Shown here one piece after another: positions 25,921-38,689 of a DNA stretch of 64,000 bases (the stretch's first letter is position 1; the number at the start of each line of letters is the position of its first letter). The notes beneath the pieces are model-generated. The model was not told the origin of the DNA and made no database searches. It was given only the letters and a program-made list of their open reading frames with translations. A program made the translations under genes and the position numbers. The stretch spans positions 14,371-78,370 of the forward strand of contig NW_021836313.1 of NCBI RefSeq assembly GCF_006345805.1, in the 5' to 3' direction. The stretch is from Octopus sinensis. Taxonomy: Eukaryota.

Positions 25921-26240
25921 AGGAGGTATGAGAGGTAAATATTTTCATATAACCCCTTGATATCCGTAGGATTACGGCTGTTTTGCAGCCTCCATCATGT
26001 AATAATGATTTCAGAGTATAAAATTATTTGTTGTTCTGCTGATCTGAAGAGCTAGCCTTCTACATCTGCGTTGATTTATAAATGTACAAATGTACTGCGC
26101 AATGTGTAGCATGCATATTGCTGCAGGTATATACAATTTTTATACTCTGAAATTAATATTACACGTCAAAAGCTATGAAACGGCCGTAACCCTACGGATA
26201 GGAAGCGATTAAATAAATATATTCACCTCTTATACCTCCT
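25921..26240. mobile_element. MITE-like fold-back with long imperfect TIRs
   Basis: aggaggtatgagaggtaaatat / atatattcacctcttatacctcct, plus inner matches tatccgtagg.ttacggc and ttcagagtataaaatt. No clear TSD. Confidence 0.55.
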
Positions 26241-27302
26241 CCTCACACTTTACAGCTTATATATGCTCCTCATGAGACAATTTCATCGATTGGATCTCCC
26301 GGATTTCAGCCACATAGCACTCAACATTATACTCCTCTGTACTGGATTACTACGTTGTATGATAGCCGAGTCCACTAGAGGAGCTTTCTGTAATTGCTAC
26401 AAGATTCTATGAGCTCGTACATTGCACTGCACACACACACACACGTATGTTTGTATGAATATGAAGCTCTTTTTCCCGTAGATTAACATTTATTCATTTT
26501 TTTTTAAATAGTCATTTGTTTGTTAATCAGTAGGTTCATATTTTTAAAGTAGGTTTCTCAACGCTTTGGGTTTGGGGAATATTATTTTGTTTGATTTTTC
26601 TGTATTGAATCTCTCCCTATTGTTACCAACTTTCTAGCTTCATTTGGATTATTTAATTTAATTTAACACAAATATTTCTAATTTTGTTCTGCAGAACTGT
26701 AGATTTTTGTCTCCACCTCGGCCCATACGCATGTATTATTTATATTATTCGGTGTGCGTATTGACGTACGTCTGCATAAATATATATTGACTTGTTATCG
26801 TATTTATCTGTTGATATCATATTTTTTTAATATTTCGTGTAAATTGATAATTTTTTGTCTGATATTTATTTCCTTTACACTTGTGTGGCTGTTAGTCAGC
26901 TTTTTACATTCCATAACTGATAACGATATCAATTCCCACACTTCAGCATCTACTTCGAAAGTCTTTAAAAAAACTGCCTTCTAAAAATCTACGACGCAAG
27001 CGATATCTGTTTCTGCAGTTAATAATCAACCCTGTGAAATTTCGTTAACATTTAGTTTCAATAAAGTAGTTATTACTCTATTCTTATAGTAGTTGGTTGG
27101 TAAAACTTTATTCTTTGTCATTCGGCTTTGTAATTCCTATCACTCAATATCTATTGAGTTATAAATATTATATGCTTGTTACTATCAATATTGGAGTTCT
27201 TCTTTGGTACAGAAATGTCTACAGAAAAGTAATCTATGGTATGTATGTATATGTATGTATGTATTATGTATGTATGTATGTATGTATGTGCGTATGTATG
27301 TA

Positions 27303-27597
27303 CATGTGCAGATTTGTATACTTTACTTTATGTATGTATTCTCATGCATATAGTTGCATGTCTAGACATGCTCATAGATATCAAAATGATACACTTCTGG
27401 GAAGTTTTACAGATTTTTACAGTTCCAGTGATGGATTGGATCTATAGCCTTCGATTTAGCTTTCTCCTTTCTGGTTTTGAGAAGCCTAATTTCTCAAGAT
27501 TGGTATTTAGGTAGTGTGATACATATCCCAGGGCCCCAATAATTACAAGTGTAAACCTGAACTTGTTATCTGGATAAAGTAACTGCAGATTTCTCAA
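27303..27597 (-). mobile_element. 3' end of an RLE-type LINE of a further family, embedded in (CATA)n
   Basis: LRNLQLLYPDNKFRFTLVIIGALGYV..LEKLGF..IQSITGTVKICKT is an RLE C-terminus pattern; (CATA)n on both sides. Confidence 0.7.
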
Positions 27598-27910
27598 TGT
27601 ATGTATGTATGTATGTATGTATGTATGTATGTATGTATGTATGTATGTATGGATGGATGGATGTATGTATGTATGTATGTATGTGTACATGTATGTATAT
27701 GTGTGTGTATGTATGTATGTATGTATGTATGTATGCATGCATGTATATGTGTATGTATGTATGTATGTATGTATGTATGTATATGTGTATGTATGTATGT
27801 ATGTATGCAGGTATGTATGTATGTATGTATATAAGCATGTATGTCTGTATGTGTGTATGTGTATGCGTGTATGTATGTATGCGTGTATGTCTGTATGTGT
27901 GTATGTCTAC
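27598..27910. repeat. (TATG)n microsatellite
   Basis: Direct sequence. Confidence 0.95.
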
Positions 27911-28280
27911 ATGTCCGTATGTATTGTAGTGTAGTTACTCGTCGCCGATTGTCGTAGCGTCGCCAATAGTTACGCGGATACATTTTTTACTCTACAACCG
28001 CGTAGTAACAATAACACCAATAACGAAGCTGGGTAACAACAACCTAACAATCCGACCAACTCTCCACCAACCATCAAACGATATTCCGATCAGCTGCCAA
28101 AACGACACCTTACCACTTCCTGCGATTAATGCCTATTCTCTCCCTCACTCTGACTGCTACGGTTTATAGTTGTTCGGACAAGTCTATTCTCGCAGCGAGT
28201 GTCCTGACTCTCGCCACAACAGTATGTATGTATGAATGAATGCGTGTGTGTGTGGTGTGTGTGTGTATACATACATACAT

Positions 28281-28370
<90 letters not shown>

Positions 28371-28373
<3 letters not shown>

Positions 28374-28817
28374 TGTTGTATTTAGGAATGGTCATTTTGC
28401 CAGTTTAGCCAATAAAAACACACGCACTATATATTTGGCGTTACTTTGCTTCAGCGTTATTGAATCTTAATCTTATTTCAGCCAGAGTTCTTTCGTCACA
28501 CCCCTGTGACCTCATCAGTGGTCCTTTGCTTTCTTCTTTCGTATTCGTGTGTTTCTCCTTACTAACGGTCAGCCATTTTGTATTCCTATTTTATGTGTCT
28601 TCATTTGCGCATGCGTATACCTCTATGTGTGTCTATGTTTAGTTAGTGTGTGTGGGGGGGTGATGGAAGTGCCTGTAATATTTGTATCTGCTGGCCGAAA
28701 TAAGATTAATATTAATGTAAAAAATAAATAACGCTGAAGCAAAGTAACACCAAATATATAGTGCGTGTGTTTTTATTGGCTAAACTGGCAAAATGACCAT
28801 TCCTAAATGCAACAATA
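28371..28817. mobile_element. Fold-back element with about 110-125-bp inverted arms and an internal hammerhead
   Basis: tattgttgtatttaggaatggtcattttgccag.. / ..ctggcaaaatgaccattcctaaatgcaacaata; a related fragment lies at 22070-22225. Confidence 0.8.
28482..28521 (-). ncRNA. Minimal type I hammerhead (CUGAUGA, CUC triplet)
   Basis: cca-CTGATGA-g-gtcac-aggggt-gtgac-GAAA-gaac-TC-tgg. Confidence 0.7.
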
Positions 28818-28904
28818 TCTGTTTCCATACACGATTTCACATCAAAAATCTTGCAAAATAAATATATATATATATATAATAATATTAATAAAAAAAAATA
28901 TACT

Positions 28905-28942
<38 letters not shown>

Positions 28943-28955
28943 ATATATATATTAT

Positions 28956-29001
<46 letters not shown>

Positions 29002-29267
29002 TGTATGTATGTATGTATGTATGTATGTATGACAATAATAATAATACAAGGATGGCAATTTATGGGCTTTAATTATACATCGTAACATATGTTTCAATAC
29101 CCCACAACATCACGAAGCTGCAATTTTTCATATTCATGTAATATTATTTAAGATTACTCTTAATAATTATGTATTTGAATATGTTTTAGCACCATTCTTT
29201 TTTATTATATTTGCTGTTTAGTTCAAGCGTTGAAGCGGGCAAGCTGATCTAGACCAGTGATCTAGAC

Positions 29268-29570
29268 CAGTGCTACTCGAAGCGGTGGTCCACGGACCGG
29301 CGCCGGCCGCGAGCCATCAGCTGCTGGTACACGGCGAGTTTCCAGAAAAGAAAGAAACATTATAAAATGTTCATGAAATGCTTATGTAATATTGTATTAT
29401 TTGTTTACAAAATAAATACAATATACAAAAATATTGTCAACTTCTATTATATTCATTATATATATTGTTTCCGGTATAAATTAATGTTACTAAGAAATAT
29501 TACTGGTCCCTGGCACATTGGGGAAAATAGAAGTGCCGGTAGGCCACATCAAATTGTTTGAGAAGCACTG
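29268..29570. mobile_element. hAT (Charlie-type) MITE
   Basis: TIRs cagtgctactcgaa / ttgagaagcactg; flanks atctagac and ctctagaa fit the NTCTAGAN target preference. Confidence 0.75.
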
Positions 29571-29652
29571 CTCTAGAATGTATCACTATGTGTCGCATTC
29601 ATAAGTCACGACAAGTTACTCAGGCATAGAGACAGACATACTAATAGGCATC

Positions 29653-29704
<52 letters not shown>

Positions 29705-29831
29705 TGTGGTGTGCGTGCGTGCGTGTGTGTGTGCGTGTGTGCGTGCGTGCGTGCGTGCGTGTGTGTGTGTGTGTGTGTGTGTGCGTGCGTGTGTGTGTGT
29801 GTGTGTGTGCGCGTGCGTGTGTGTGCGTGTG

Positions 29832-29870
<39 letters not shown>

Positions 29871-30369
29871 ACGTGTGCATGTATAGTAGGTTGATAGTTT
29901 ACAACACTAACTGACCATGATGTTTTCATCCCTTACGTTGTACAGAAGTTATAGACCTCCGGCCATTCGAGTATTGTTGTAGTGCATAAAGCCATATACG
30001 CTTCGCTTTTACTGTCCTCCTATTATTCCTCTGTCTCACCCTGCTGATCGCGGTACACCCGCCACTGCTGACCTACTAAAATCTACCACCACCAACAGCC
30101 CCTACGCCAATACTCTGCCAGGCTTGACACCAGTCGCTTATCAGTCGGTCTATCACCAATTTTTAATAAATAATCTGTAAAAATGTGTAAATATTAGTTT
30201 TTCCATTGCTATAATAGAAACAATATTAAATTGAAGGATTAATCGATACCTTTGTAGGATCCAAATTTATTATTCTCTTTAACAAAAATGATATTGACAG
30301 TGACTTCGAAGTTTCGGCCATCTAAGTTATTACTGGACTATGGTATTTGAGTCCATAATGGCTTTATAT

Positions 30370-31449
30370 CAGGCATGTCAAACTGAGGGTCCCCCGAGGG
30401 TCATATGGGTCACATTTGTGTTGTCATGAGGGCTGCACTCGATTCAATTCTAATTGAAGTCATTTAATTAGAATTATTGTAAAATATTTTTCTTCCTTAT
30501 ACTTGGAAACACAGTGTGGGTTGGCCACATTCCAGAATGCAAAGTAATGAAGATTAACAAAAGAAAAAAAAAACGAAATTTTAAATGGCAACATAGATTT
30601 GAATGTATCAGCAACAAATACATTGTACAAAAATTACAATATTTCAAAATGAACATTTATTTACGACTCTTCAAACCTTTTTAGTGCTTTGTCCTGAGGC
30701 TTGACATCTCTTTTTGCTGACTATTTTTGGTATTTCGTGGCTGAAATGTCTTTGCAGTTCCGAGTTTGATCAGAGATGACAAGTGTCAGCCTTGTTCTTT
30801 CCGAAGTTTTTGTTGATTTCATGAAGGAAAATAACTGTTCACACATAAATAGAACGAAACATTGGCTGTAATCCTTGTGGCAAAGTTTTTAAAGTTTTTA
30901 GAAAGGTATGAAAAGAAACTAGGTATCTCCAACTCAAAATACTTTGATCTGAGTGAAGAATTCCGACTGTATTTCTAATAGTTTCATCTGCAGGCTCTCT
31001 TCTGCCTTGGCAACATCGAAGGTGAATGGTGCTGAGAATAATGCAAACGGATGTTCAAAAGATGAGAAATCAACGAAATTTTCCTGAAATTCCTTTGATA
31101 ACAATTCCAGGTGACTGCCATACTTGGCGAAGCTAAGTACAGACTCAGTATTAGAACTGCTTTTCAGCTCTTTGCACTTAGGAAAATGAACTAAATTATC
31201 ATTTGACAACTGTGACTTCCATAAGCTTCATTTTGTAATGAAGCACCTGATGCCATCATATAACTGAGTGATGAGTTTGTTTTAACCTTGTAATTTCAAG
31301 TTGAGATTAGTTAATTGTGAATTGTATAAAGTTCTTTCTGCCTGTAATCAGGCACTAATTCGATGATGCCAATGCGCTCGGGAGGATGGGGCGGCCGTCT
31401 GTGCGGGACGCAGGTGTGTTTGCAGTGGGCCGCATGTTTGACATGCCTG
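30370..31449 (-). mobile_element. hAT (SPIN/Charlie-like) internal-deletion derivative
   Basis: Perfect 14-bp TIR caggcatgtcaaac; 8-bp TSD ctttatat/ctttatgt; transposase C-terminus HFP.C..EFQENF.DF..LFSAPF..LQM.LLE.Q and CEQLFSFMK. Confidence 0.85.
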
Positions 31450-32758
31450 CTTTATGTAGTCTTTCTTGAGTTAAAATTTTTCTGGGTTGGATGGAGTTCT
31501 ATTGACTGGTAATTAGGTTAGGGTAGGTTGTGATGGGGAGGTGTCATGGGGAAAATTTTTATTGATTAAATCTGTGGTTGCTCAGAATTGATTCACGCAT
31601 GTACAATTTTGTAATCAGATGTGCATATTTAGGTGTATCAGTTTCATATCATGAGGTTGAGCAAGCGAAAAGTATTGCCTACTTTGGGAAGGTCATTCTG
31701 TCAATGGAATCATTACTGTTAATTATCGATTAGTTTATTTCGTTCGTCGAAACATTTTCGTAACACATCTGTGACCCTCTGAATCGATTTCCAACTGATT
31801 TTTCTTCCGTATTGTGTTTGTATGTTGCAGAGTATCATTTATATGTCGCCATGCATGTATGTATTTGTCTGGGCTCTCGTGTTACTGTGTGTAAGTGCTT
31901 ATGTGAATGTGTGTGAGTGTGCGTGGATGTGTCTGTATTTACTGTAGTGAGCGTCCATATGTGCATGTGTGTGTGTTTCCACGCGAGTGTGTTTGTATGA
32001 AATGGTTAATCTCTGTATTTTCCCATTGATGCGTTTTTCCTACTGAATTAGTTAACTTACAGCCTCTTTATTAAGTAAAGTTATCCAGTTGTTATTTTCT
32101 CTCCTTTAAGACAACATTATTTGATTTCCAGCTTCTTACAAGCTTGAGTAAACCTTTCAATGCTTCATTTTTGTAGTTGGTTTGAAGGAAACATATACGG
32201 TACATTTATAGCAAACTAATGAGAAATTTGCAGCTAATGCACTCGGACTCTTTCTTTATATATTTATAATATTTGTAACTATCGGGCTTTTGGTTACTTA
32301 ATTAACAACCTCAGAACTAATCTTGAGAGTCTGTGTTCCACAAAACCATAAAAAACATAACTAATTGGAAATTTACAGTCATGAGCTGAAACAAGGAAAC
32401 TGGAAAAAATATTGACAACTTACCCGAAGTTTGCCTGTTGTACGTAATAAAACACACGCACACACACACACACACACAAATGCATTCACGCACACACTCT
32501 TAAGCACATGTAGGTTTACAAACACAGGCATGAGTACACACATGTAAAGCATCAAAGCATGTAGATGTTTGCACCTTTATCTAAGAGCTTTGTGTAGCCA
32601 CACATCTATCAAAACCTACAGATATGTACAGGTAACTGCTCAGTATGCAGGCGGTTTGATTCGGAGCTGGTGATGTCACTTTCGTTACTGAAAAGATATT
32701 TGAAAAATTAAACCATGAGGACACATAGAGACGCATACATAAATATATATGTTTATAG

Positions 32759-32789
<31 letters not shown>

Positions 32790-32989
32790 AGTGTGTGTGC
32801 ATGTGTGTATACTGTGTATTGTTACGAACGAAAAAATTATATTCAAATACTCTCTCGTTCGTACGATGCTGAATTGCAAGGCAAAACGAAAAAATAATTC
32901 TTTGTGGTCACGTGACCGTTTAACGCGTAGGCGGTATGACTTTGGCGCTCTTTTTACTGTGTGGGCGCACTATGAAGACTATTAGGGAA

Positions 32990-33330
32990 CACGTGGTGAC
33001 AGAGTTTGTTCGTGCTGGAAGCCAATGGTGCCAACCAGGTGGTTCGAAGTCTGCTGGAAGACGATGTGCGCCGTTGATGCCTGATGTGATGAAAGTCCAT
33101 GCGAGCGGTCTTATGTTGTAGTCGGTGCCGTCGGTGAGTTATCAGAAGATGTGCAGATTAGTTACGCTTCAGTTCAGTCCATTATCACTGAAGATTAGGG
33201 TATGAGGCGCATGTCTGTCACGTTTGTGTCAAAACTGCTTTCAGTTGACCAAAATGGAATTCGGGTTTCAATTGCACAAGATCTTGATGCGTCGGGAACG
33301 ATGAAAACTTTTTGAAAATTTTGTGTAGGC
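32990..33330 (+). mobile_element. Mariner-like transposase remnant (HTH to linker)
   Basis: ELSEDVQISYASVQSIITED.GMRRMS..FVSKLLS..Q...RV resembles the mariner WVP(K/H)LL linker region. Confidence 0.65.
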
Positions 33331-33556
33331 CTCTGAGCAGGTATCACCAAGCTTTTTCTGTCATGGTCAATACAAAGATCACACGCGACACACCTTCCTT
33401 CCAAGCACTGCCGTAAACAGCGGAAGTGCGCTAGAGCGTTAAGACTTAGTGTGCATGCACAGCAGAATTCAAAATCAATCTGTGGTGAGCAGCTTTGTTC
33501 TATGTGCTTCAGCTTCCTTACTATGAAAATAGTCCGGATATTTATTGATCAGACCT

Positions 33557-33624
<68 letters not shown>

Positions 33625-33827
33625 AATGTGTGTGATATATAAATGTGTGTGTGTGTATATATATATATATGCCTTTCCCTTGGATAACTTCAGTGGTGTG
33701 GAGAGGAGAGGCTGGTACGCATGGGCGACTGCTGGGCATCCACAACCTTGCCCGGACTATTGCCTCGGAGGATAACTTTCTAGGTGCAATCCCATGGTCA
33801 TTCATGACTGAAGTGGGGTGGTTTCCT

Positions 33828-33885
<58 letters not shown>

Positions 33886-33912
33886 AAAAGGAGATGTGGA
33901 ACATGAGTTGTG

Positions 33913-34145
33913 ATATATAAAAAGGAAATGAAGAAAATGCTGACAAAAGTAATTTAAGTAATTTAATTAGGTAAAAGTTCTTTTTACCGGTTGCGCATTT
34001 GTTATGCTTATCAAAAGACAGATAAGAGGAAAAAATCTATCTTTTGATAAGCATAACAAATGCGCAACCGGTAAAAAGAACTTTCACCTAATTAAATTAC
34101 TTAAATTACTTAAATTATGTTGTCAGCATTTTCTTCATTTCCTTT

Positions 34146-34152
<7 letters not shown>
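33913..34152. mobile_element. Near-perfect palindrome (about 110-bp arms, about 13-nt loop); each arm has a U3-A8 hammerhead-like fold
   Basis: Plus arm 34041-34078: ctt-TTGATAA-gcat-aacaa-atgc-GCAA-ccgg-TA-aaaag. Mirror copy at 33980-34017. Confidence 0.8.
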
Positions 34153-34178
<26 letters not shown>

Positions 34179-34967
34179 TATATATTATATATATATATAT
34201 ATATATAATATATATATACATATATATATATAGTAAACAAAATTATTTTACTCCCCACGGGTAGAAATATAGGAAAAATAGATGTTGAAAATGGACTTAG
34301 GTAAAATGTAATAGTTAAAATATTTTTTATCATTATTATATTTAAAGCGTTAACCGGTTTCACAGTTTGCATTGATTTTCAAAAAGTTCAAATAGAAAGA
34401 CCTGGCTTATGTCGCAGCTGTCTTGCTTCTGACTAGTGTTTGACTCTTGCCCTATTTACATAGGGAGTTCGTGGCTCAAATTAGCAAATGTTTTGAATAG
34501 GATTTGATTGGTAGAGGATAGTCACATAACTGGTTCTAGAAATTTTTGTAGGTTCTCCGCTACGTCCGTGTGTTAGTATCAAGTGACAATGCTTGCATTC
34601 GTAAGTTAAAGCCGACACGGTTGACTGAACATGTCTAAAGGCTGTCATTACTTTCGAGACTGTACTCCTTCATACACCAAACATTTCGGCTGTTTTCTTT
34701 ACGCTAGCACCTACAACACGAACACCAACAATTTGACCTCTTTGAAATTCCGATAGATGTGTCATTTTAATAAATTTTAATTACCTTTCACTGATGATAG
34801 CTGAAAAAACCCCAGCAATTTTAGCAAAACATATAAAGCAACACTAATAATAAATAAAAAATCCTAAAAATAAACAAGCATTTGATGTTTTTTTTTAGAT
34901 ATTTCAAAATTATGATGCTATGATGCTTGGTGTTTGCATTATTTTGTCCAACCCCTGTATATATATA

Positions 34968-35011
<44 letters not shown>

Positions 35012-35013
<2 letters not shown>

Positions 35014-35176
35014 CCGCTACACATCTTTATTTTCTCTCTTGTTTCTTTGTGTGTTCCTTTCTGTGGAAGAGTATAGGCTCGAAACGTTAAAGACTTTTTC
35101 ACTTCCGAGCATTATACTAATACATCTGTTTGTTGTCTACACAACCTGCCTTCGTCTTTTTTTGTGAATTATCCCC

Positions 35177-35211
<35 letters not shown>

Positions 35212-35475
35212 ATATATTATATATATATATATATACATACATGTATAATATATATATGTATTATATATAACGGGAGGTTTACGAAAATAAACAAAAGACG
35301 AAGGCAGGAGGAGTACAAACAAACAAATGTATTAGTATGGCGCTCAGGAATAGAAATAGAACAAGCCTTTTACGTTTCGAGCCTACGCTCCTCTACAGAA
35401 AGATACACAGAAAAGAAACAAGGAGAGAAACAAAGAGAGAAAAAATGCGTGTAGGAGCTAACGGTCTATCATGGC
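35012..35475. mobile_element. Two family H1 copies tail-to-tail around a (TA)n spacer
   Basis: Plus copy 35012-35180 (HHR-like 35057-35092); minus copy 35270-35475 (HHR-like 35367-35402). Confidence 0.8.
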
Positions 35476-35927
35476 GTTCTGACTTCAGGCAGAAGTCAGA
35501 GGCCAGAGGTCAGACGTTAGACGCTAGAGGGATAGTAGGGGAGATAACAGGGTCAAGTGACTTCCAAACACTCATCTGAATATATATGTTTTTGCCTAAA
35601 TACACACCCATACGCGTACTCACCTATGCGCAGATATATTTCTATAAGCACTTTCAGACGTATATTCCGTTAGGCACACGTGGGCATGCACGTACTCGCA
35701 CCAATATATTATCTTCACTGAATGCCAGTTACCACGGGCCAGCATGTGACATTCAAACTTGGAAACTTAGACTAACTTGTGAAGTGTTCGTGATCTTATT
35801 ACCTGTCAAGTGAAAATGTAGCTTAAATACATTCCCGCTCCTACTTGCAGTCATATTACGTACAACACGGCCCCAGATGCCTAGCTATGTACATTGTGTG
35901 TGTACACACACACACATATTATATATA

Positions 35928-35973
<46 letters not shown>

Positions 35974-37849
35974 CACGTACATGTTTATGCTGTGTAAATG
36001 CCTGTATATTTATTTATATACTTATAAATATACTCACATACAAGGCTACATGCATACATTGACATACGTACACAGGCTCACACAGGCACACTTGCAGTTC
36101 TCCAGCATGGCCGCAGTCAAATGACTGAAACAAATAAAATGAAAAATAGAAAAAAGGAAAAGAAAAACATACATATGTGTGTATGTATGTATGTATGTAT
36201 GTATGTATGTATGTATGTATGTATGTATGTATGTATGTATGTATGTATGTATGTATGTATGTGTGTATGTATGTACTAAAGTATGTATGCGCATATACCT
36301 AACCTCATATATATGTGAATACTTCTCCCGATATTTTTTCTCGATTTGTTTCTTATGTTCAAAACATTGAATTATTCCGTACATGCAAACGGACGGCCAT
36401 TTTTTCCGTCTCTCTCTCTTTCTTGTCTGTCTGTCTCTCATTTCTCTCTCTCTCTCGACCTCTTTCTCTCTCTTCTCGCTCACAGTCATTCACATTCACA
36501 GCCATGTACTATTTGTTTAGAATATAACCAACAAAACTCTTAACAAACGTGACGAAATAAATTTATTTTTCCTAATGTAAACGAGCCGACTGTTAATTCA
36601 CTCTTCATCAACGAGAGTATCTTTTTTCAGCCGTAATTTAACCACTGTCACCGTATCACAATCAACTTTTCAATAAACTTTCTATTTGTCCTAACATTCA
36701 GGTGCACAAGTACCCATCTGTCCGATGTTCTCAGTCCCCATCTCCCTTCATATCGCTACCGACAACAACAAAAACGCTTATATTGAAATTGCACAAATCA
36801 CACAAAAATCGAAGACATAGAAACTCTTAGCAGCAGGGTCTTCACTTATTCTGTTAAAAAAACAAGTCTTTCTTTTTCCCGAGAAATCTGCGTTTATAAA
36901 GCCGCATCTTCAGAGGGGTTTTTATATAATTTTCCATCGGTAATTTTTTTCCCCGCATTTATAAATGCATCGGTTTATACAGTCCAAGTCAGTGGGATGC
37001 GGTCATGCTGGGGCTCCTTTTGTGGCAGTTGTCTCTTTTTTAGCGAATAAAGGAGTTTGATACTGCTGCGTACATTTACGTTTTTGCCGCAAAAAACAAA
37101 TGGCTCATGTGGAACCTCAGATATTAGAATGACTCGGGGTTTCTTGAAAACATCCACTTCATGTAGATAATTCACGGTTTCTTGCAGGATATTAAAGAGT
37201 TTTGATCTTTGAACCCTAAATTATTGAAGACACCCGTCCAAACTCGAAATGGGGCGAACGAGACCTTTGGTACAATGCTGTAGCGTCCAGCTCGGGGATT
37301 GGCATTGCTCTCAGTGCCAACGCTTAGTGCTAACCATTCCAGGCTCTCACACACACACACATAGTTCGTTCATTCACTTTGTGAATAAATAAACCAGGTT
37401 TGTAATTTTTAGCATCCAATCTGTTATCTCTTTTATTATGCTTTTTAAAAAACCTTTTTGTGAGTTTCCGACAAGCAGGGAAGCTTTCGTTAAGTGTATG
37501 AAGTGGATTTGCTAAGGCCTGTTTACATGTTTTTAAGGAAATTATTAGACGTCGAAAAGGGCCTATTACGGAGTTTAAGGTCATTTCATTTCTGGATGAT
37601 ATTACATCTTCCTTCTTTATGTCGGTATAATCGATCGCTGCTGCTTCAGTTGACTTATTTAGAGGGTGCAGAAAAGAAAAGAAAACAAAAAATTCTCATC
37701 TTTTACAGGTTGACAAAAGTTTCAATAGCAAACGCACGAGGTACACCTGCCCAAACCATAATAACCAAAAGCAAATAAGAAGCATTAGCTACATGAAAAC
37801 ACTATTATCACCTGCTTAACTTCACTAAGCGTCTCAACAATGGCCGTGT

Positions 37850-38340
37850 ATAATACCGGCTGTTTTTCTGTCGCAGTCTGATGGGTTTTTTTGCATGTGT
37901 CTCAGTGGGGATAGTGAAAAGACTTTTGAATTATTTATTCAGCATTTCACGTACCTTTACGTAGTCCGCAGTAAATGAGCGTTTTTTCTGGTAACAACGG
38001 CGATATTTTTTAATGAATTAAAATTGATCCTTTTGCAAATTGTATGAGAAACTTTCATATTACCGACAGAACTTCTGTATCACCCACAGAAACATGGTTC
38101 CTCTTTCTGCACTTTCTTATTCCACAGTAGTCTTTCATTACATTTTCAATTTCTAACAGAGACTTTTTGAAGCGGGATTTTTCGCTGACTTTCAGGTATT
38201 CATTTCAGTGATTTCAAACTTTGCTCTTCATTTCATAAATATTTCTACTCTTCGGTATTCTATTTTTGTACATGTTCTCCATTTTTTTCTGCGACAAATG
38301 CAAAGAATATTACTTGCATTATTGAAATATATCACTTAAG
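37850..38340 (-). mobile_element. Possible pogo/Tigger-like transposase N-terminal remnant
   Basis: Faint AEKNG..(N)R..E-type pattern only; heavily decayed. Confidence 0.25.
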
Positions 38341-38689
38341 TTTTATGCCGTTTTGTTGTGTAGAGGGATGTTCAGGACGGCTCTGGTTGAGCATCTCTTT
38401 TGTATCGATTTCCAATTAGCCTTGTGCAAGTTCACGCTGGATAAAATTCGAGTGCTTCTTGAACAATTCGCGTCTACAGTTTCCTTTGGGCCACTCATTG
38501 ACAGTTTCACCACGTTATGGTTTCAGAAAATCGTCGGCGACACCTTCACATCATTAACGAAATCCGTGTCTAGAATTCTGAAATTTGAATTTACAAAGAA
38601 GGGAGAAAATTACTCGATACAGAATAGAATGTGGATATTTATTCCAGTGCTGAGACACTTCCCGTTAGAACTCTGAGTTTCGCTTGTAT

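Noticed and set aside
34785-34850. Further CTGATGA/CTGAAGA/CTGATAA hits (also about 26905, 44480 minus, 61279)
   Set aside because: Each lacks GAAA, stem I or stem II; at most decayed remnants.
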